Of a stretch of 64,000 bases of DNA, positions 38,293 through 49,165 are shown one piece after another. The stretch covers positions 1,184,001 through 1,248,000 of the forward strand of contig CBDBBI010000010.1 in the NCBI GenBank assembly GCA_965202625.1. The letters are read 5' to 3'. The stretch is from a bacterium. GTDB taxonomy: Bacteria > UBA8248. How positions within the stretch are numbered: the first letter of the stretch is position 1; each line of letters starts with the position of its first letter. The notes under the pieces were generated by a model. That model searched no databases and had not been told where the DNA came from. It worked only from the letters and a program-made list of their open reading frames with translations. The position numbers and the translations under genes were made by a program.

Positions 38293-39471
38293 TCATGGAT
38301 TTCGTTTGCTTGCGGTGGCTCCGTTCAGCCGAGCGGCGACGTACTCCCGCGCCCAGCGATCCGCCTCTAGAATCGTCCCCAGCGCGTCCGCCCCCCTGCC
38401 CTCATGCGCGTCGAGCGCAGCGCCCACCACTCCCGGAATGTCCATGAACTTCGACGCCCCAGACAAAAAAGAGGAGACGGCCACCTCGTTCGCCGCGTTG
38501 AGGACGGCGGGCGCAGTTCCCCCCGATCGCATCGCGCTTCTCGCATGGAGGAGGCAGGGAAACCGATCGAGGTCCGGCTCCTCGAACGTCAGGGAGCCGA
38601 CCTCCGCCAAATCAAGCCTCGGCGCGGCGATGGGCAGCCGCTCTGGAGACAAAATGGCCTGCGCGATCGGAATCCGCATGTCAGGCACGCTCATCTGCGC
38701 TACGAAACTCCCATCTACAAACTCCACCATGGCGTGCACGATGCTCTGTGGATGAACCAGCACGTCTATTTGCGCAAATCCCAGCCCGAAGAGCCACCGC
38801 GCCTCAATGATTTCAAATCCCTTGTTCATCATCGACGCGGAGTCAATCGCAATCTTAGGTCCCATCTTCCAGTTGGGGTGATGCAGCGCCTCTTGGGGAG
38901 AAACAACCCGCATCGCCTCCAGCGAATGATTCCAAAAAGGACCGCCTGAAGCCGTGAGCACGACTCGCTCCACCTGCGAGCGGGGTCTGTCCGCCAAAAT
39001 CTGGGCCAAGCCCGCGTGCTCGCTGTCCACCGGAAGAAGAGCGACGCCCTTCTCTCGCGCCCGGGAGGTGATAAACTCTCCCGCTATGACGAGCACTTCC
39101 TTGTTCGCCAGCGCGATGGAAGCACCCGCCTCAATGGCAGCCAGCGTTGGCGAAAGACCGGCGGCGCCCACCAGAGCGGAGACTACAACGTCCGCTCCGG
39201 CCCCGGCCGCCACCTCTCGCAGACCCTCATCTCCCGAAAGCGTCCTGACGCCGGAAGAGAGCGTCTCCCTGACGCGCGCGCCGCCCGCTTCATCCGCCAG
39301 GGATACGACTTGAGGCCGAAAACGCCTCGCCTGCTCCACGAGTCGCTTCCAATTTCTTCCGGCAGCGAGCGCCACTACCTCGAATCGTTCTGGGAATTGG
39401 GCGACGACGTCAAGGGCGTTCTCCCCAACGCTGCCCGTGGATCCTAATATGGCCACTTTTCGCCGCTTCAT
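38293..39471 (-). CDS. dxr: 1-deoxy-D-xylulose-5-phosphate reductoisomerase
   Basis: LGSTGSVG, LANKE, PVDSEH, HPNWKMG and NAANEVAV motifs. Confidence 0.98.
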   Translation of the reverse strand: MKRRKVAILGSTGSVGENALDVVAQFPERFEVVALAAGRNWKRLVEQARRFRPQVVSLADEAGGARVRETLSSGVRTLSGDEGLREVAAGAGADVVVSALVGAAGLSPTLAAIEAGASIALANKEVLVIAGEFITSRAREKGVALLPVDSEHAGLAQILADRPRSQVERVVLTASGGPFWNHSLEAMRVVSPQEALHHPNWKMGPKIAIDSASMMNKGFEIIEARWLFGLGFAQIDVLVHPQSIVHAMVEFVDGSFVAQMSVPDMRIPIAQAILSPERLPIAAPRLDLAEVGSLTFEEPDLDRFPCLLHARSAMRSGGTAPAVLNAANEVAVSSFLSGASKFMDIPGVVGAALDAHEGRGADALGTILEADRWAREYVAARLNGATASKRNP

Positions 39472-39500
39472 GTTTCGACCCACTCCGGATGAGCGATGAC

Positions 39501-40292
39501 TCAAGACCCTGACAAATATAGATAGTAGTAAAACGCAGGCCCCGCGACAAGCAAACCATCCACCCTGTCGAGTACCCCTCCGTGGCCGGGGATGATGGCG
39601 GATGCGTCTTTTTCTCTGGCCGCGCGCTTGAGTGCCGATTCAGCCAAATCTCCCACCAGCGCGAACAATCCGATAAATATCGACAAGGGAATCGCGCGCC
39701 ATGGGCCGACGCCGGGAACCTCCACGCAGAGCACCGCCACGACGCCGGCGAGTGCACCGGCGAGGATTCCCCCAATCGCGCCCTCCACCGTCTTCCCAGG
39801 GCTGATTGTCGGCGCCAACTTTCTTTTCCCCCACGCCTTGCCACTGAACATCGCCGCGATGTCGCTCGCCCAGACGACGACGAACAAAAAGAAAACGGCT
39901 TCCCTGCCGCCTAGAAAGGTCCTGATAAGCGCGATCAACCCGCCGGCGCCGCCCACCCATATCACACCGAGAAGGGAGATTCCGGCCAAGGAGACGCTCC
40001 CTCGAGACATCCCGTCCCGAAGCACCGTTATGAGAACGCGAAGCAAAACGACGGTCAGAACCAAAGTCGGCAGAACGCCGCCCACCCACACGGCGAGGGC
40101 GAAAGCGCAGGCGTCCAGGGCACCCCCCCATATCCTGACACGCCAGCCGGCGAGATGGAGAAGAGTTTGAAACTCCCAACCCGCGCGAAAGACGAGGGCG
40201 ACCACGACGCAGAGAAAAACGAGGGAGGGGGCGAAAAACAGAACGAGAAGAATAGGCGCGGCGAGCACCAAGGCGCTAAGGAAGCGCGTCAA
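39501..40292 (-). CDS. cdsA: Phosphatidate cytidylyltransferase
   Basis: ISPGKTVEG and GDLAESALKR...KD...PGHGGVLDRVD motifs. Confidence 0.95.
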   Translation of the reverse strand: MTRFLSALVLAAPILLVLFFAPSLVFLCVVVALVFRAGWEFQTLLHLAGWRVRIWGGALDACAFALAVWVGGVLPTLVLTVVLLRVLITVLRDGMSRGSVSLAGISLLGVIWVGGAGGLIALIRTFLGGREAVFFLFVVVWASDIAAMFSGKAWGKRKLAPTISPGKTVEGAIGGILAGALAGVVAVLCVEVPGVGPWRAIPLSIFIGLFALVGDLAESALKRAAREKDASAIIPGHGGVLDRVDGLLVAGPAFYYYLYLSGS

Positions 40293-40295
40293 AGC

Positions 40296-41048
40296 CTAGT
40301 TTCTCCGAGTCGTGAACTGCTCCTCGGTAAGACCAAATTTTCGCACTCGGGACTGATAGGAGAGAATGGCGTCCTCAAGTTCGCGCTCTCCGAACGCAGG
40401 CCATTTGATGTCCGTGAAATACAGCTCCGCATACGCGGCCTGCCAAAGAAGGTAGTTGGAAAGCCTCAGTTCACCGCTCGTCCGAATCAACAAGTCGAGC
40501 GTGGGCAGATCCGCAGTATACAGATGCCGCTCGACGTCGCTCTCCTCAATATCCTCGGGGTGAAGCGTTCCTCTCCGCACCTCCTCAGATATGGACCTCG
40601 CCGCGTCGGCGATCTCCTGGCGTGCGCCGTAGCTCAGCGCCAGAGTCAGAACCATTCCGTCCTGGCCCGAGGTACGCTCCTTGACACGCTGAATGATTCC
40701 CCGCGCGAATAAGGGGAGATCCCTATCGTGTCCGATGGTGTTGAAACGGATTCCCTCCCGAAGCATTCTCCCCAGCTCGCGTTCGAGATAATCCGCCAAA
40801 ATGCCCATGAGCGCGTCCACCTCGCCCTTCGGGCGGTTCCAGTTTTCCAAAGAGAAGCTATAGAGCGTGAGAGCCTCCACTCCGAGGCGGCGGGCGTGTG
40901 CCACCACCTTGTCGACCGACTTCACGCCCTCTCGGTGCCCAGCGATTCTGGGCAGAGAGCGTTCCTGTGCCCAGCGACCATTCCCGTCCATGATGACGCC
41001 GATGTGCCGGGGAAGACGCTCCGGATCGATGCGAGGCTCCGCGTCCAC
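40296..41048 (-). CDS. uppS: Undecaprenyl diphosphate synthase
   Basis: IMDGNGRWA, FSLENWNRP and IRTSGELRLSNYLLWQ motifs. Confidence 0.97.
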   Translation of the reverse strand: MDAEPRIDPERLPRHIGVIMDGNGRWAQERSLPRIAGHREGVKSVDKVVAHARRLGVEALTLYSFSLENWNRPKGEVDALMGILADYLERELGRMLREGIRFNTIGHDRDLPLFARGIIQRVKERTSGQDGMVLTLALSYGARQEIADAARSISEEVRRGTLHPEDIEESDVERHLYTADLPTLDLLIRTSGELRLSNYLLWQAAYAELYFTDIKWPAFGERELEDAILSYQSRVRKFGLTEEQFTTRRN

Positions 41049-41059
41049 TTTACTAACCC

Positions 41060-41614
41060 CTAAACCTCAAGTATCTCTTTCTCTTTCGCAGTGAACAATT
41101 CGTCCAGTTCGGAGACGAACTGGTCGGTCAGCCTTTGGACGTCTACCTGCCCTCTTCTAAGGTCATCCTCCGTAATCTCCTTTTTTTTCTCCAGGTTTTT
41201 CATCCCATCATTGCCGTCGCGCCGGATGTTGCGAAGCGCGACCTTGTGCTCTTCGGTCATCTTCTTGAGCAGCTTCACCATCTCTTTGCGGCGCTCCCCC
41301 GTGAGCGGCGGCACCGGCACGCGAATAATCTTGCCGTCATTCGTGGGATTCAGACCCAGCTCCGCCGATTGAATCGCCTTTTCAATGTCGCCCAAGGAAT
41401 TGGCGTCGAAAGGCTGCACAACGATGAGCTGGGATTCCGGCACGCTCAGGGTAGCGAGCCGGTTCAGAGGGGTGGGTGCTCCATAGTAATCAACCATCAC
41501 TCCGCTAACGAGGTGCGCAGACGCGCGCCCGGTGCGAAGGCGAGCAGTCTCAGTCTTGTATGACTCCAGTGTGGAGCGCATTCTTTCTCTCAACGCGTCG
41601 AGCATCTCATCCAT
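41060..41614 (-). CDS. frr: Ribosome recycling factor
   Basis: LRTGRAS, LNPTNDG and PPLTGERRKE motifs. AAGGAG SD before ATG 41614. Confidence 0.97.
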   Translation of the reverse strand: MDEMLDALRERMRSTLESYKTETARLRTGRASAHLVSGVMVDYYGAPTPLNRLATLSVPESQLIVVQPFDANSLGDIEKAIQSAELGLNPTNDGKIIRVPVPPLTGERRKEMVKLLKKMTEEHKVALRNIRRDGNDGMKNLEKKKEITEDDLRRGQVDVQRLTDQFVSELDELFTAKEKEILEV

Positions 41615-41704
41615 CGTCCATCTCCTTTTTGGACACTCGAAACGAATGCTTCGTTCTCCTGCCCGCGCCACCGTATCTCGCGCCCGCTGCGCGACCCATG
41701 AGAT

Positions 41705-42427
41705 CTAGGCCCCGCTCACCAAAGTCCCGACCTGCTCGCCTTCCACGACGCGGCGGATGTTCCCGGGCTTGAGAAGGTTGAATACGATGATGGGTAAATT
41801 GTTGTCCATGCACAAGCTGACGGCGGTGACGTCCATGACGGCGAGCTGGCGATTGAGAACCTCGATATAGGTCAGCGCGTCGATGAACTCGGCCGTATCG
41901 TCCTGATTCGGATCGGCGGAGAAGACGCCGTCCACATCCGTGGCCTTGAGGATGCACTCAGCACCTACCTCAATGGCTCTGAGACTTGCGGTGGTGTCCG
42001 TCGTGAAGTAGGGATTTCCCGTGCCGCCGGCGAAAATGACCACCCGTTGTTTTTCCAGGTGACGGACCGCGCGCCTTCTGATGTAGGGCTCGCACAGCTC
42101 TGCCATGTGGATGGCGCTTTGGACGCGAGTGGCAAGGTTCGCTTTCTCGAGCGCGTGCTGAAGCGCCAAGGCATTGATGACCGTGCCGAGCATCCCCATG
42201 TAGTCGGCGTTGGTGCGCTCCATGCCGGCGGCGGCGGCAGCAGCACCCCGAAATATATTCCCGCCGCCCACGACAACCGCGATTTCAACCCCCATCCCGT
42301 GAATCTCGCTGATCTCCTGCGCGATATCGTCAACGACATTATGTTCGATGCCGTACCTGAGGTCCCCACCCAACGCCTCGCCAGAGAGCTTGAGCAAAAT
42401 CCTTTTGAAGCGTAGGGCACCGCTCAT
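41705..42427 (-). CDS. pyrH: UMP kinase
   Basis: [17 protein letters not shown] and [10 protein letters not shown] motifs. Confidence 0.98.
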   Translation of the reverse strand: MSGALRFKRILLKLSGEALGGDLRYGIEHNVVDDIAQEISEIHGMGVEIAVVVGGGNIFRGAAAAAAGMERTNADYMGMLGTVINALALQHALEKANLATRVQSAIHMAELCEPYIRRRAVRHLEKQRVVIFAGGTGNPYFTTDTTASLRAIEVGAECILKATDVDGVFSADPNQDDTAEFIDALTYIEVLNRQLAVMDVTAVSLCMDNNLPIIVFNLLKPGNIRRVVEGEQVGTLVSGA

Positions 42428-42504
42428 AAACATCCCCAGAAATGGCGCGCCAACGACAACGGGGCGATACGGAACAAACGATCCGACAGAAAAAGGAACT
42501 TGTT

Positions 42505-43374
42505 TTACCCCTCACCCTCTGTAGAAAGCTCGCCGAGTTGAAAACGCGACCAAGAGGAAACACGGATTTCCTCGCCCACCTCCGCGCTCCTGTCTTTCAA
42601 ATACGTCTGAACCGTTCTGTCGGTGTCTTTGACGAAAGGCTGATGGAGCAGGCAAATCTCCTTTTTGTATTTGTTGATGCGCCCCTCGACTATTTTCTCC
42701 AGAATATGCACCGGCTTTCCCGAATCCTTCTGCTGGGCGAGAAGGATATCACGCTCGCTTTGAAGAACCACCTCCGGTATCTGATCCTCAGAAAGGAACT
42801 GGGGGCTGCTCGCCGCGATGTGCATCGCCAGATCGCGCGCGGTTTCCAAAAAAGCAAAACCACCCGCCCCCTCCGCCGTCTTACACCTCAAGCCAAGCAG
42901 GACGCCAACCCGTCCGCCGGGATGAACATAGGAAGCCACCTTTCCCGAATCGCTATCGTCCAGCGCAAGGCGCTCCCCTCGGGCGAGGACGATATTCTCC
43001 CCCAGTTTCGCGATCGCCTCCATCGTCGTCTCCCGGAGCGCCTCGGCGAGGCCATCTCCGCCGTGGTCCTTTACGTGACGCGCGACGGCATCAAGAAGAG
43101 ACTGAAAATCCTCGGTGCGGGCTACGAAATCGGTCTCGCAGTTCACCTCGACGATGGCACCCATACGTCCGTCCTCCCCTAGGGAGGCGTATACCTGTCC
43201 CTCGCTCGCAGCGCGTCCTGCCTTATTGGCAGCGCTAGAAAGCCCCTTTTCTCTCAAATAGCGCGACGCCCCCTCAAAGTCGCCGGCATTCTCCCTGAGA
43301 GCCTCCTTGCAATCCATGATGCCCGCCCCCGTGCGGGTTCTCAGTTCCTTCACCATCTGAGCCGTCACTTCCAT
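42505..43374 (-). CDS. tsf: Elongation factor Ts
   Basis: [19 protein letters not shown] and [10 protein letters not shown] motifs. Confidence 0.98.
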   Translation of the reverse strand: MEVTAQMVKELRTRTGAGIMDCKEALRENAGDFEGASRYLREKGLSSAANKAGRAASEGQVYASLGEDGRMGAIVEVNCETDFVARTEDFQSLLDAVARHVKDHGGDGLAEALRETTMEAIAKLGENIVLARGERLALDDSDSGKVASYVHPGGRVGVLLGLRCKTAEGAGGFAFLETARDLAMHIAASSPQFLSEDQIPEVVLQSERDILLAQQKDSGKPVHILEKIVEGRINKYKKEICLLHQPFVKDTDRTVQTYLKDRSAEVGEEIRVSSWSRFQLGELSTEGEG

Positions 43375-43430
43375 GCCCTAAACTCTCCTCAATCGAAATC
43401 AAACCAGGCCGCAGCCTGAAAGGTGATGGA

Positions 43431-44213
43431 TTATTCTTTCGCCTTCTCGGCGGCCACCCTCATCATCTCCGCCGCCACCGCGTCGCCCGAGGCGACGACG
43501 GCCTCCACGTCCTCCGCCCCCGTCTCCTCGCGCAACGTGAGACCTTCGGCGACAGCCTCCGCCACCCGGGACACGAAGAAGCGAATCGAGCGAAGGGCGT
43601 CGTCGTTGCCCGGCAAGACGTAATCCACCCCATCGGGGGCCGAATTCGTGTCCACTAACGCGATGACGGGCATGCCCACTTTCCTAGCCTCTCGAATCGC
43701 GTTGGACTCATGGCCGGTGTCAATGACGAACATGGCTTGGGGCAGCTTGTCCATGTGCTTGATACCGCCCAGAAACTTCTCGAGTCGATCCAGATCTTTC
43801 CCGCGCCGGACCGCCTCTTTTTTCGCCAGAAGATCGAAGGTGCCATCGTTCTTCATGCCCTCAAGGTCAAGGAGGCGCGCGATGGAATTCTTTATAGTCT
43901 CGAAATTGGTGAGAGTGCCGCCGAGCCAGCGCTGGGTTACGTAGGGCATTCCGACTCTTCGGGCCCCTTCCGCGACGATTTCCTGGGCTTGCTGCTTCGT
44001 TCCCACGAAGAGGATTTTGCCGCCCCTTGCGGCAATGTCCCGAATCGCCTCCCGAGCGGCGTTGAGCAGCTTGAGGGTCTTTTGAAGGTCGATGATGTAA
44101 ATCCCCTTTCGCGCACCGAAGATGTAGGGGCGCATCTTGGGATTCCATCGGGTGGTCTGGTGTCCGAAATGCGCGCCGGACTCCAGCAACGCGCGTAATG
44201 TAATAGGGTTCAC
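43431..44213 (-). CDS. rpsB: 30S ribosomal protein S2
   Basis: GAHFGHQTTRWNPKM, RWLGGTLTNF and PGNDDA motifs. GTG start at 44213 after AAAGGAG. Confidence 0.98.
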   Translation of the reverse strand: MNPITLRALLESGAHFGHQTTRWNPKMRPYIFGARKGIYIIDLQKTLKLLNAAREAIRDIAARGGKILFVGTKQQAQEIVAEGARRVGMPYVTQRWLGGTLTNFETIKNSIARLLDLEGMKNDGTFDLLAKKEAVRRGKDLDRLEKFLGGIKHMDKLPQAMFVIDTGHESNAIREARKVGMPVIALVDTNSAPDGVDYVLPGNDDALRSIRFFVSRVAEAVAEGLTLREETGAEDVEAVVASGDAVAAEMMRVAAEKAKE

Positions 44214-44478
44214 GAGAACGCTCCTTTCGCTCCGCCTTTCATCGAGGGGAGCCCTGCCGGCCTCTAGGCGGACGAGACCGAATTTCCAAGCATTTGACTT
44301 TATTTGAGTAATTCGCCAACCGGCTTCATCGCCACGATGTCCGCCACCGCTCAGCACACGGAATGTCTCACAAGAGCGAAGGCGATTCAAGTCGCTCAAT
44401 CAAAAGCGTTTTCCGGTTCGCGTTGAACGGAAGGAGATCGCCAGATTTCGGGCGCCGAGCGGATGCTAACCCCCTGGC

Positions 44479-45693
44479 TCAAGTCTTGTAATCCGCATTG
44501 AACCTGACGTATTCCGCGCTCAAATCGGTCGTCCAGAAAACAGCCTCCGCCTCACCTGCCCCCAGACCCAGTTCGAGGCCGTATTCGGGCTTCTTGAGGA
44601 CTGGCGCCAGTGCTTCGGCCCAGCCTGACACAGGCGCACCATCACGCATCACCTGCACGTCCTCGACCCGCAGCGACATCCTCTCGGGCGTCACATCCGC
44701 GCCGCTGTAGCCCGCGGCGGCGAACATTCGACCCCAGTTGGGCATCTCGCCGTGAATCGCCGTCTTCACGAGAACGCTCTCTGAGACGGACTTGGCGGCC
44801 AGGCGCGCCTCGGCCTCGCTGGCGGCGCCCGTAACTCTCACCTCCACCACCTTGCTCACCCCCTCGCCGTCCCGAACGATGGACATGGAGAGTTCCTTGC
44901 ACACCCGGTGAAGTCCCGCCTTGAACCGCTCGAGGTCTTCCGCCGACTCTACGCCTACGCCGGATGCCCCCGTGGCGGCGAGGAGCACCGTGTCGTTCGT
45001 CGAGGTGTCGCCGTCAATGGTCACGCAGTTGAAAGTCTTGCGCGTGACGACACCCAAGAGGCTCGCGAGACTCGCTTGCGAGAGGGCGGCGTCCGTGGCG
45101 ACATAGGCGAGCATGGTCGCCATGTCGGGGGCAATCATGCCGGCGCCCTTCGCCATGCCGCCGATGGCGAAAGAACCCCCGGACGCGCTTACCCGAACGG
45201 CGAACTCTTTAGGGCGCGTATCGGTCGTCATGATGCCTTCCGCCGCCTCGCCGCCGCCTTCAGACGAAAGGCCAGAAAGCAGATTTCCGATTCGAGACTT
45301 CATCGCGCAGAGCGGAAGCGGAACACCGATGATTCCCGTCGAGGACATGGCGACCTGCTCCTCCGGACAATCGAGCGCATCGGAGACCTCGGCGCACAAG
45401 TTCACGGCATCCTCATAACCCTTGAGGCCAGTGCAGGCGTTCGCGTTACCGCTGTTGATGAGAAACGCGCTCAAAGGGGATTTACCTATTCGCTCCCGAC
45501 AGAGCGCGACGGGAGCGGCGCACATCCTGTTTCGCGTATAAACGCCGGCGGCCGTCGCCGGTGGGTCGAAGGCGAGCAACACCATATCAGGCTTGCCCGA
45601 CGCCTTGACCCCCGCCCTCACCGAGGCGGCGCGCACGCCTTGCGCCGCGCAAACGCCGCCATCGACCACCCAAATGAATTCTTGATCGCTCAC
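44479..45693 (-). CDS. argJ: Ornithine acetyltransferase/N-acetylglutamate synthase ArgJ
   Basis: NSGNANACTG, IMTTD, KGAGMIAPDMATML, DTSTND and DGEG motifs. Confidence 0.97.
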   Translation of the reverse strand: MSDQEFIWVVDGGVCAAQGVRAASVRAGVKASGKPDMVLLAFDPPATAAGVYTRNRMCAAPVALCRERIGKSPLSAFLINSGNANACTGLKGYEDAVNLCAEVSDALDCPEEQVAMSSTGIIGVPLPLCAMKSRIGNLLSGLSSEGGGEAAEGIMTTDTRPKEFAVRVSASGGSFAIGGMAKGAGMIAPDMATMLAYVATDAALSQASLASLLGVVTRKTFNCVTIDGDTSTNDTVLLAATGASGVGVESAEDLERFKAGLHRVCKELSMSIVRDGEGVSKVVEVRVTGAASEAEARLAAKSVSESVLVKTAIHGEMPNWGRMFAAAGYSGADVTPERMSLRVEDVQVMRDGAPVSGWAEALAPVLKKPEYGLELGLGAGEAEAVFWTTDLSAEYVRFNADYKT

Positions 45694-46730
45694 ATCCAGA
45701 ACCCTGGTTGAAGAAGCCCTTGCGTCTCGGGAAGCCCCAGCATGAGGTTCATGTTCTGAACCGCCGCTCCCGAGGCGCCTTTTACTAGATTGTCTATCGC
45801 CGCCACAACGACGAAGCGCCCCGTCCGCTCATCGTGCACAAGCCCGACGTCCACATAGTTTGAGCCGGCCACCTGCATCACACCGGGCAGTGCGCCATCG
45901 GGCATCAAGCGAACGAACGGCTCATCCACATAGGAGTCCCGCAGTACCGCTCGGGCCGCTGCAGCGTCGGCAGCACCCTCACCCTCGGCGTAGATGGTCG
46001 AGAGAATACCCCGGGTCATGGGCACCAAATGCGGGGTGAACGAAACCCGCACGGCCTCTCCCAGGACAGCGGACAACTCCTGCTCAATCTCCGGCGTGTG
46101 GCGGTGATTCCCCACCCCATAGGCTCTCAAGCCCTCGTTCACCTCGCAGAACTGAAGCGCCAGGGCTGCCTTTCTACCCGCCCCTGAAACACCGGACTTC
46201 GCGTCCACGACAATGGAGTGCGGCTTGACGATCCCTCCTCTAAGAAGCGGGGCGAGGGCCAAAATCGCCCCCGTGGGATAGCACCCCGGATTCGCCACGA
46301 GGCGCGCCTTTTCGATAGCCTCGCGGTAGAGCTCGGGCATCCCGTAGACGGCGTCCGCTATCCTCTCAGGCGAGGTATGCGTCGTCCTGTACCAGGTCTC
46401 ATAGATTCCAGCGTCCCTCAAGCGGTAATCGGCAGAAAAATCCACCACCCGGTGGCCAGCCTCCAGCAACGAGGGCACGGTGTTCATCGCCACCCGATGG
46501 GGCAGGCAGCAAAACACGAGGTCGGCACCCTCGCATGCGGAGAGGCTGAACTTCACGAGTGCGCCGTCTAAGACGGAGGCGAGGGCGGGAAACACCTCCT
46601 CCACCCTCTCGCCCGCATAGGTCTCCGACGTGAGCGCAGCGACCTCTACGTCCCCGTGTGCGGCCAGAAGCCTCAACAACTCAAAGCCCGTGTAACCCGT
46701 GGCGCCCACCACAGCGATCTTGGGCATCAT
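45690..46730 (-). CDS. argC: N-acetyl-gamma-glutamyl-phosphate reductase
   Basis: GATGYTG, ANPGCY, SGVSGAG and DNLVKGASG motifs. Confidence 0.97.
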   Translation of the reverse strand: MMPKIAVVGATGYTGFELLRLLAAHGDVEVAALTSETYAGERVEEVFPALASVLDGALVKFSLSACEGADLVFCCLPHRVAMNTVPSLLEAGHRVVDFSADYRLRDAGIYETWYRTTHTSPERIADAVYGMPELYREAIEKARLVANPGCYPTGAILALAPLLRGGIVKPHSIVVDAKSGVSGAGRKAALALQFCEVNEGLRAYGVGNHRHTPEIEQELSAVLGEAVRVSFTPHLVPMTRGILSTIYAEGEGAADAAAARAVLRDSYVDEPFVRLMPDGALPGVMQVAGSNYVDVGLVHDERTGRFVVVAAIDNLVKGASGAAVQNMNLMLGLPETQGLLQPGFWM

Positions 46731-47135
46731 TCCTCCTCAACTCTCCCTTTACCCCTTTTTCATCTTACCGAACAAATGCAGAAATAAACTCTTATATCTA
46801 ACAAAGTTTCGACTCTCCACATAAGGATATCGGATGTGCGTCGTCATTTTCCATAGCGGCAACGTTTATTATCGGCACTTTCGTATATAATTCGCATTTT
46901 TTATTGTTTAACATGCCAAAAGCGCCGTTCGCCAAATTACGGCTTTGTCGCCAATCAAAGCGTTAAGTCTATAGTCCAATACGCTAGACATATAACATGG
47001 CGCGTGGGTGGGAACCGATTCGAGTGATTTCCCCATTATCGTTATCCAATTGATACGACGGCTAGACAAAAGCAGGATTTTCAGTCGAAACTGCGCCCTT
47101 TTAGGCTACCATTTTATGCCATCGGGGGAAAAGTA

Positions 47136-47888
47136 TTGATAAAGGGAGCGGCAAAAAGATTATTACACCTTGCGGAAGTAGTCGCGCGCATTTTGAACAA
47201 AGAAGCAGACTACTGCGTTATAAACAAAAAATTCTGGCCGGCTTGTGATACAGAAAATAAAAATGTGCTTCTATACAAAACAGCTCTAGAAAAAGTCGAT
47301 AGGAATTCGAGGGATACTATTAGTGGACAATTGCGATTCTATAGCCTTATCCAAATGGCTCGTCACGTACTTTCCAAAAATATCAAAGGGGATTTTGTGG
47401 AATGTGGAGTGTGGAAAGGGCATTCCGCATGTATTGTCGCTACCTTGATAAAAGAATATTGTGGTTCGAGACCTTTTCACATTTTTGATTCTTTTGAGGG
47501 GTTGTCGGCATACGGGCCGCAGGATGGGAGGAGATTCTCGCAACCAATAGAAGAGCCCGCACCGTATGCTTGCGACGAGGATACCGTCCGGAAAAATTTA
47601 GACGAATTTGATTTTTTGCATTTTTATAAGGGGTGGATTCCAAGTCGTTTTGATGAAGTGGCGGACAGGAAATTCGCTTTCGCGCACATTGACGTCGATT
47701 TGTATCAGCCAACGATCGATTCGTTGGGTTTCTTTTTTCCTCGGCTGAACGACGGTGGAGTGATTGTCGTGGATGATTACGGCACCCATTTTGAGGGGTG
47801 CGGCAAGGCGGTGCGGGAGTTTCTCGATAAACGGGACATTGAGATGTTCTACGAAATCCCGACGGGCGGCGCGTTTATAATAAAATAA
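47136..47888 (+). CDS. TylF/MycF/NovP-like O-methyltransferase
   Basis: GDFVECGVWKG, FDSFEGL, KGW, HIDVDLY and GGVIVVDDY motifs. AT-rich relative to its neighbours. Confidence 0.88.
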   Translation: MIKGAAKRLLHLAEVVARILNKEADYCVINKKFWPACDTENKNVLLYKTALEKVDRNSRDTISGQLRFYSLIQMARHVLSKNIKGDFVECGVWKGHSACIVATLIKEYCGSRPFHIFDSFEGLSAYGPQDGRRFSQPIEEPAPYACDEDTVRKNLDEFDFLHFYKGWIPSRFDEVADRKFAFAHIDVDLYQPTIDSLGFFFPRLNDGGVIVVDDYGTHFEGCGKAVREFLDKRDIEMFYEIPTGGAFIIK

Positions 47889-48006
47889 CGCCCAATCACG
47901 AGAACGTGAAATCCGCCAGCCAAGGTGGTATGGGAAAAGAAACAAACGCCCTCGTATCGTATTTTGGCGAGGCGCGCATCCAGGCACTGAGCAACCGACG
48001 CGGGAG

Positions 48007-48030
48007 GAGGTTTTCGCCAGCCTCTTTTTT
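48007..48030 (+). terminator. Possible Rho-independent terminator after the O-methyltransferase
   Basis: GAGGTT-ttcgcc-AGCCTC followed by T6. Confidence 0.45.
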
Positions 48031-48101
48031 CGCCGGAAGAATCAGGACATGCGCATATTATTTTGGAGGGGGTTATTTCGCTTTATGGGAAGCCATGTCG
48101 T

Positions 48102-48497
48102 TTAACGTTTAGAGAACTGGAAGCTCTTGCGCGCGCCCTTGAGGCCGTACTTTTTCCGCTCCTTGACGCGGGAGTCGCGCGTGATGAGGCCCGCTTTTTT
48201 CAGAATCGCCCGAAACGAGGGGTCCACGCCCAAAAGCGCCTTTGATATGCCGTGGCGAAGGGCGCCTGCCTGGCCGGTGAGTCCCCCGCCATTCACGGTG
48301 GCGCGAACGTCGTAGCTTCCCCAGGTCTCGGTCAATTCGAAAGGCTGCTTGATCACCATGAGCGAGGTGTCACGGAGAAAATACTCATCCGCGGGCGTGT
48401 TGTTGACAAGAATCCTTCCATCGCCCGGCTTTATCCAGACGCGCGCGACGGACGTTTTCCGCTTTCCAGTGGCGTAGTGTTGCAGTATCGTGGCCAT
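48102..48497 (-). CDS. rpsI: 30S ribosomal protein S9
   Basis: [21 protein letters not shown] and C-terminal QFSKR. Confidence 0.98.
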   Translation of the reverse strand: MATILQHYATGKRKTSVARVWIKPGDGRILVNNTPADEYFLRDTSLMVIKQPFELTETWGSYDVRATVNGGGLTGQAGALRHGISKALLGVDPSFRAILKKAGLITRDSRVKERKKYGLKGARKSFQFSKR

Positions 48498-48523
48498 GTG
48501 GACGTCAAAAACCTCCCGGAGTT

Positions 48524-48976
48524 CTAGTCAAACCGAATCGCCTCGGGGCATTGCGCCTCGTGCGGATGCTTCTCGCCCGCATACACTTTCAGTTTTCGAA
48601 GCAGGGCGCGCCCGAGCTTGTTTTTGGGCAACATACCCCGCACGGCGTGTTGTATCACGCGATCGGGGTGCGTTTCCAACATCCGCGCCGCGCTCACCTG
48701 CTTGAGATGGCCCGGGTAGCCAGAATGGCGGTAGTATTTTTTCGCCGCAAGCTTGCGGCCCGTGAGCACGACGCGCTCAGCGTTGACGACGACGACGTAC
48801 TCGCCGTTGTCAACGTGCGGTGCCCACTCGGGCTTGTGCTTTCCACGCAACAGCGTCGCTACGCGCGTGGAGAGGCGGCCCAAGGTTTGGTCCTTTGCGT
48901 CCACCAGCACCCAGCCGCGCTCGGCGTTGGCCTTCTCTTTCGTAAGGGTGGGCGTAGCCCGGTACATTCTCATCAA
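48524..48976 (-). CDS. rplM: 50S ribosomal protein L13
   Basis: LGRLST, LRGKHKP, HSGYPG and VRGMLPK motifs. Confidence 0.98.
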   Translation of the reverse strand: MMRMYRATPTLTKEKANAERGWVLVDAKDQTLGRLSTRVATLLRGKHKPEWAPHVDNGEYVVVVNAERVVLTGRKLAAKKYYRHSGYPGHLKQVSAARMLETHPDRVIQHAVRGMLPKNKLGRALLRKLKVYAGEKHPHEAQCPEAIRFD

Positions 48977-49165
48977 TTCTCTTCCGTGATTCGGTGGCTA
49001 CCTTCTTATGCGAAGGCGGAGAAACACATAAAGCCCATATCTCCAGAAGATGTCAACCCCTGGGACGGAATTTTGGGAGCGGGGGAAAACGCGCGGGCGC
49101 GTTTCGCATCCCTTTGTTCTCTCATTCCGCGTGTCTGGGGGAAAGCGCCGGCGAACGAGACGCCG

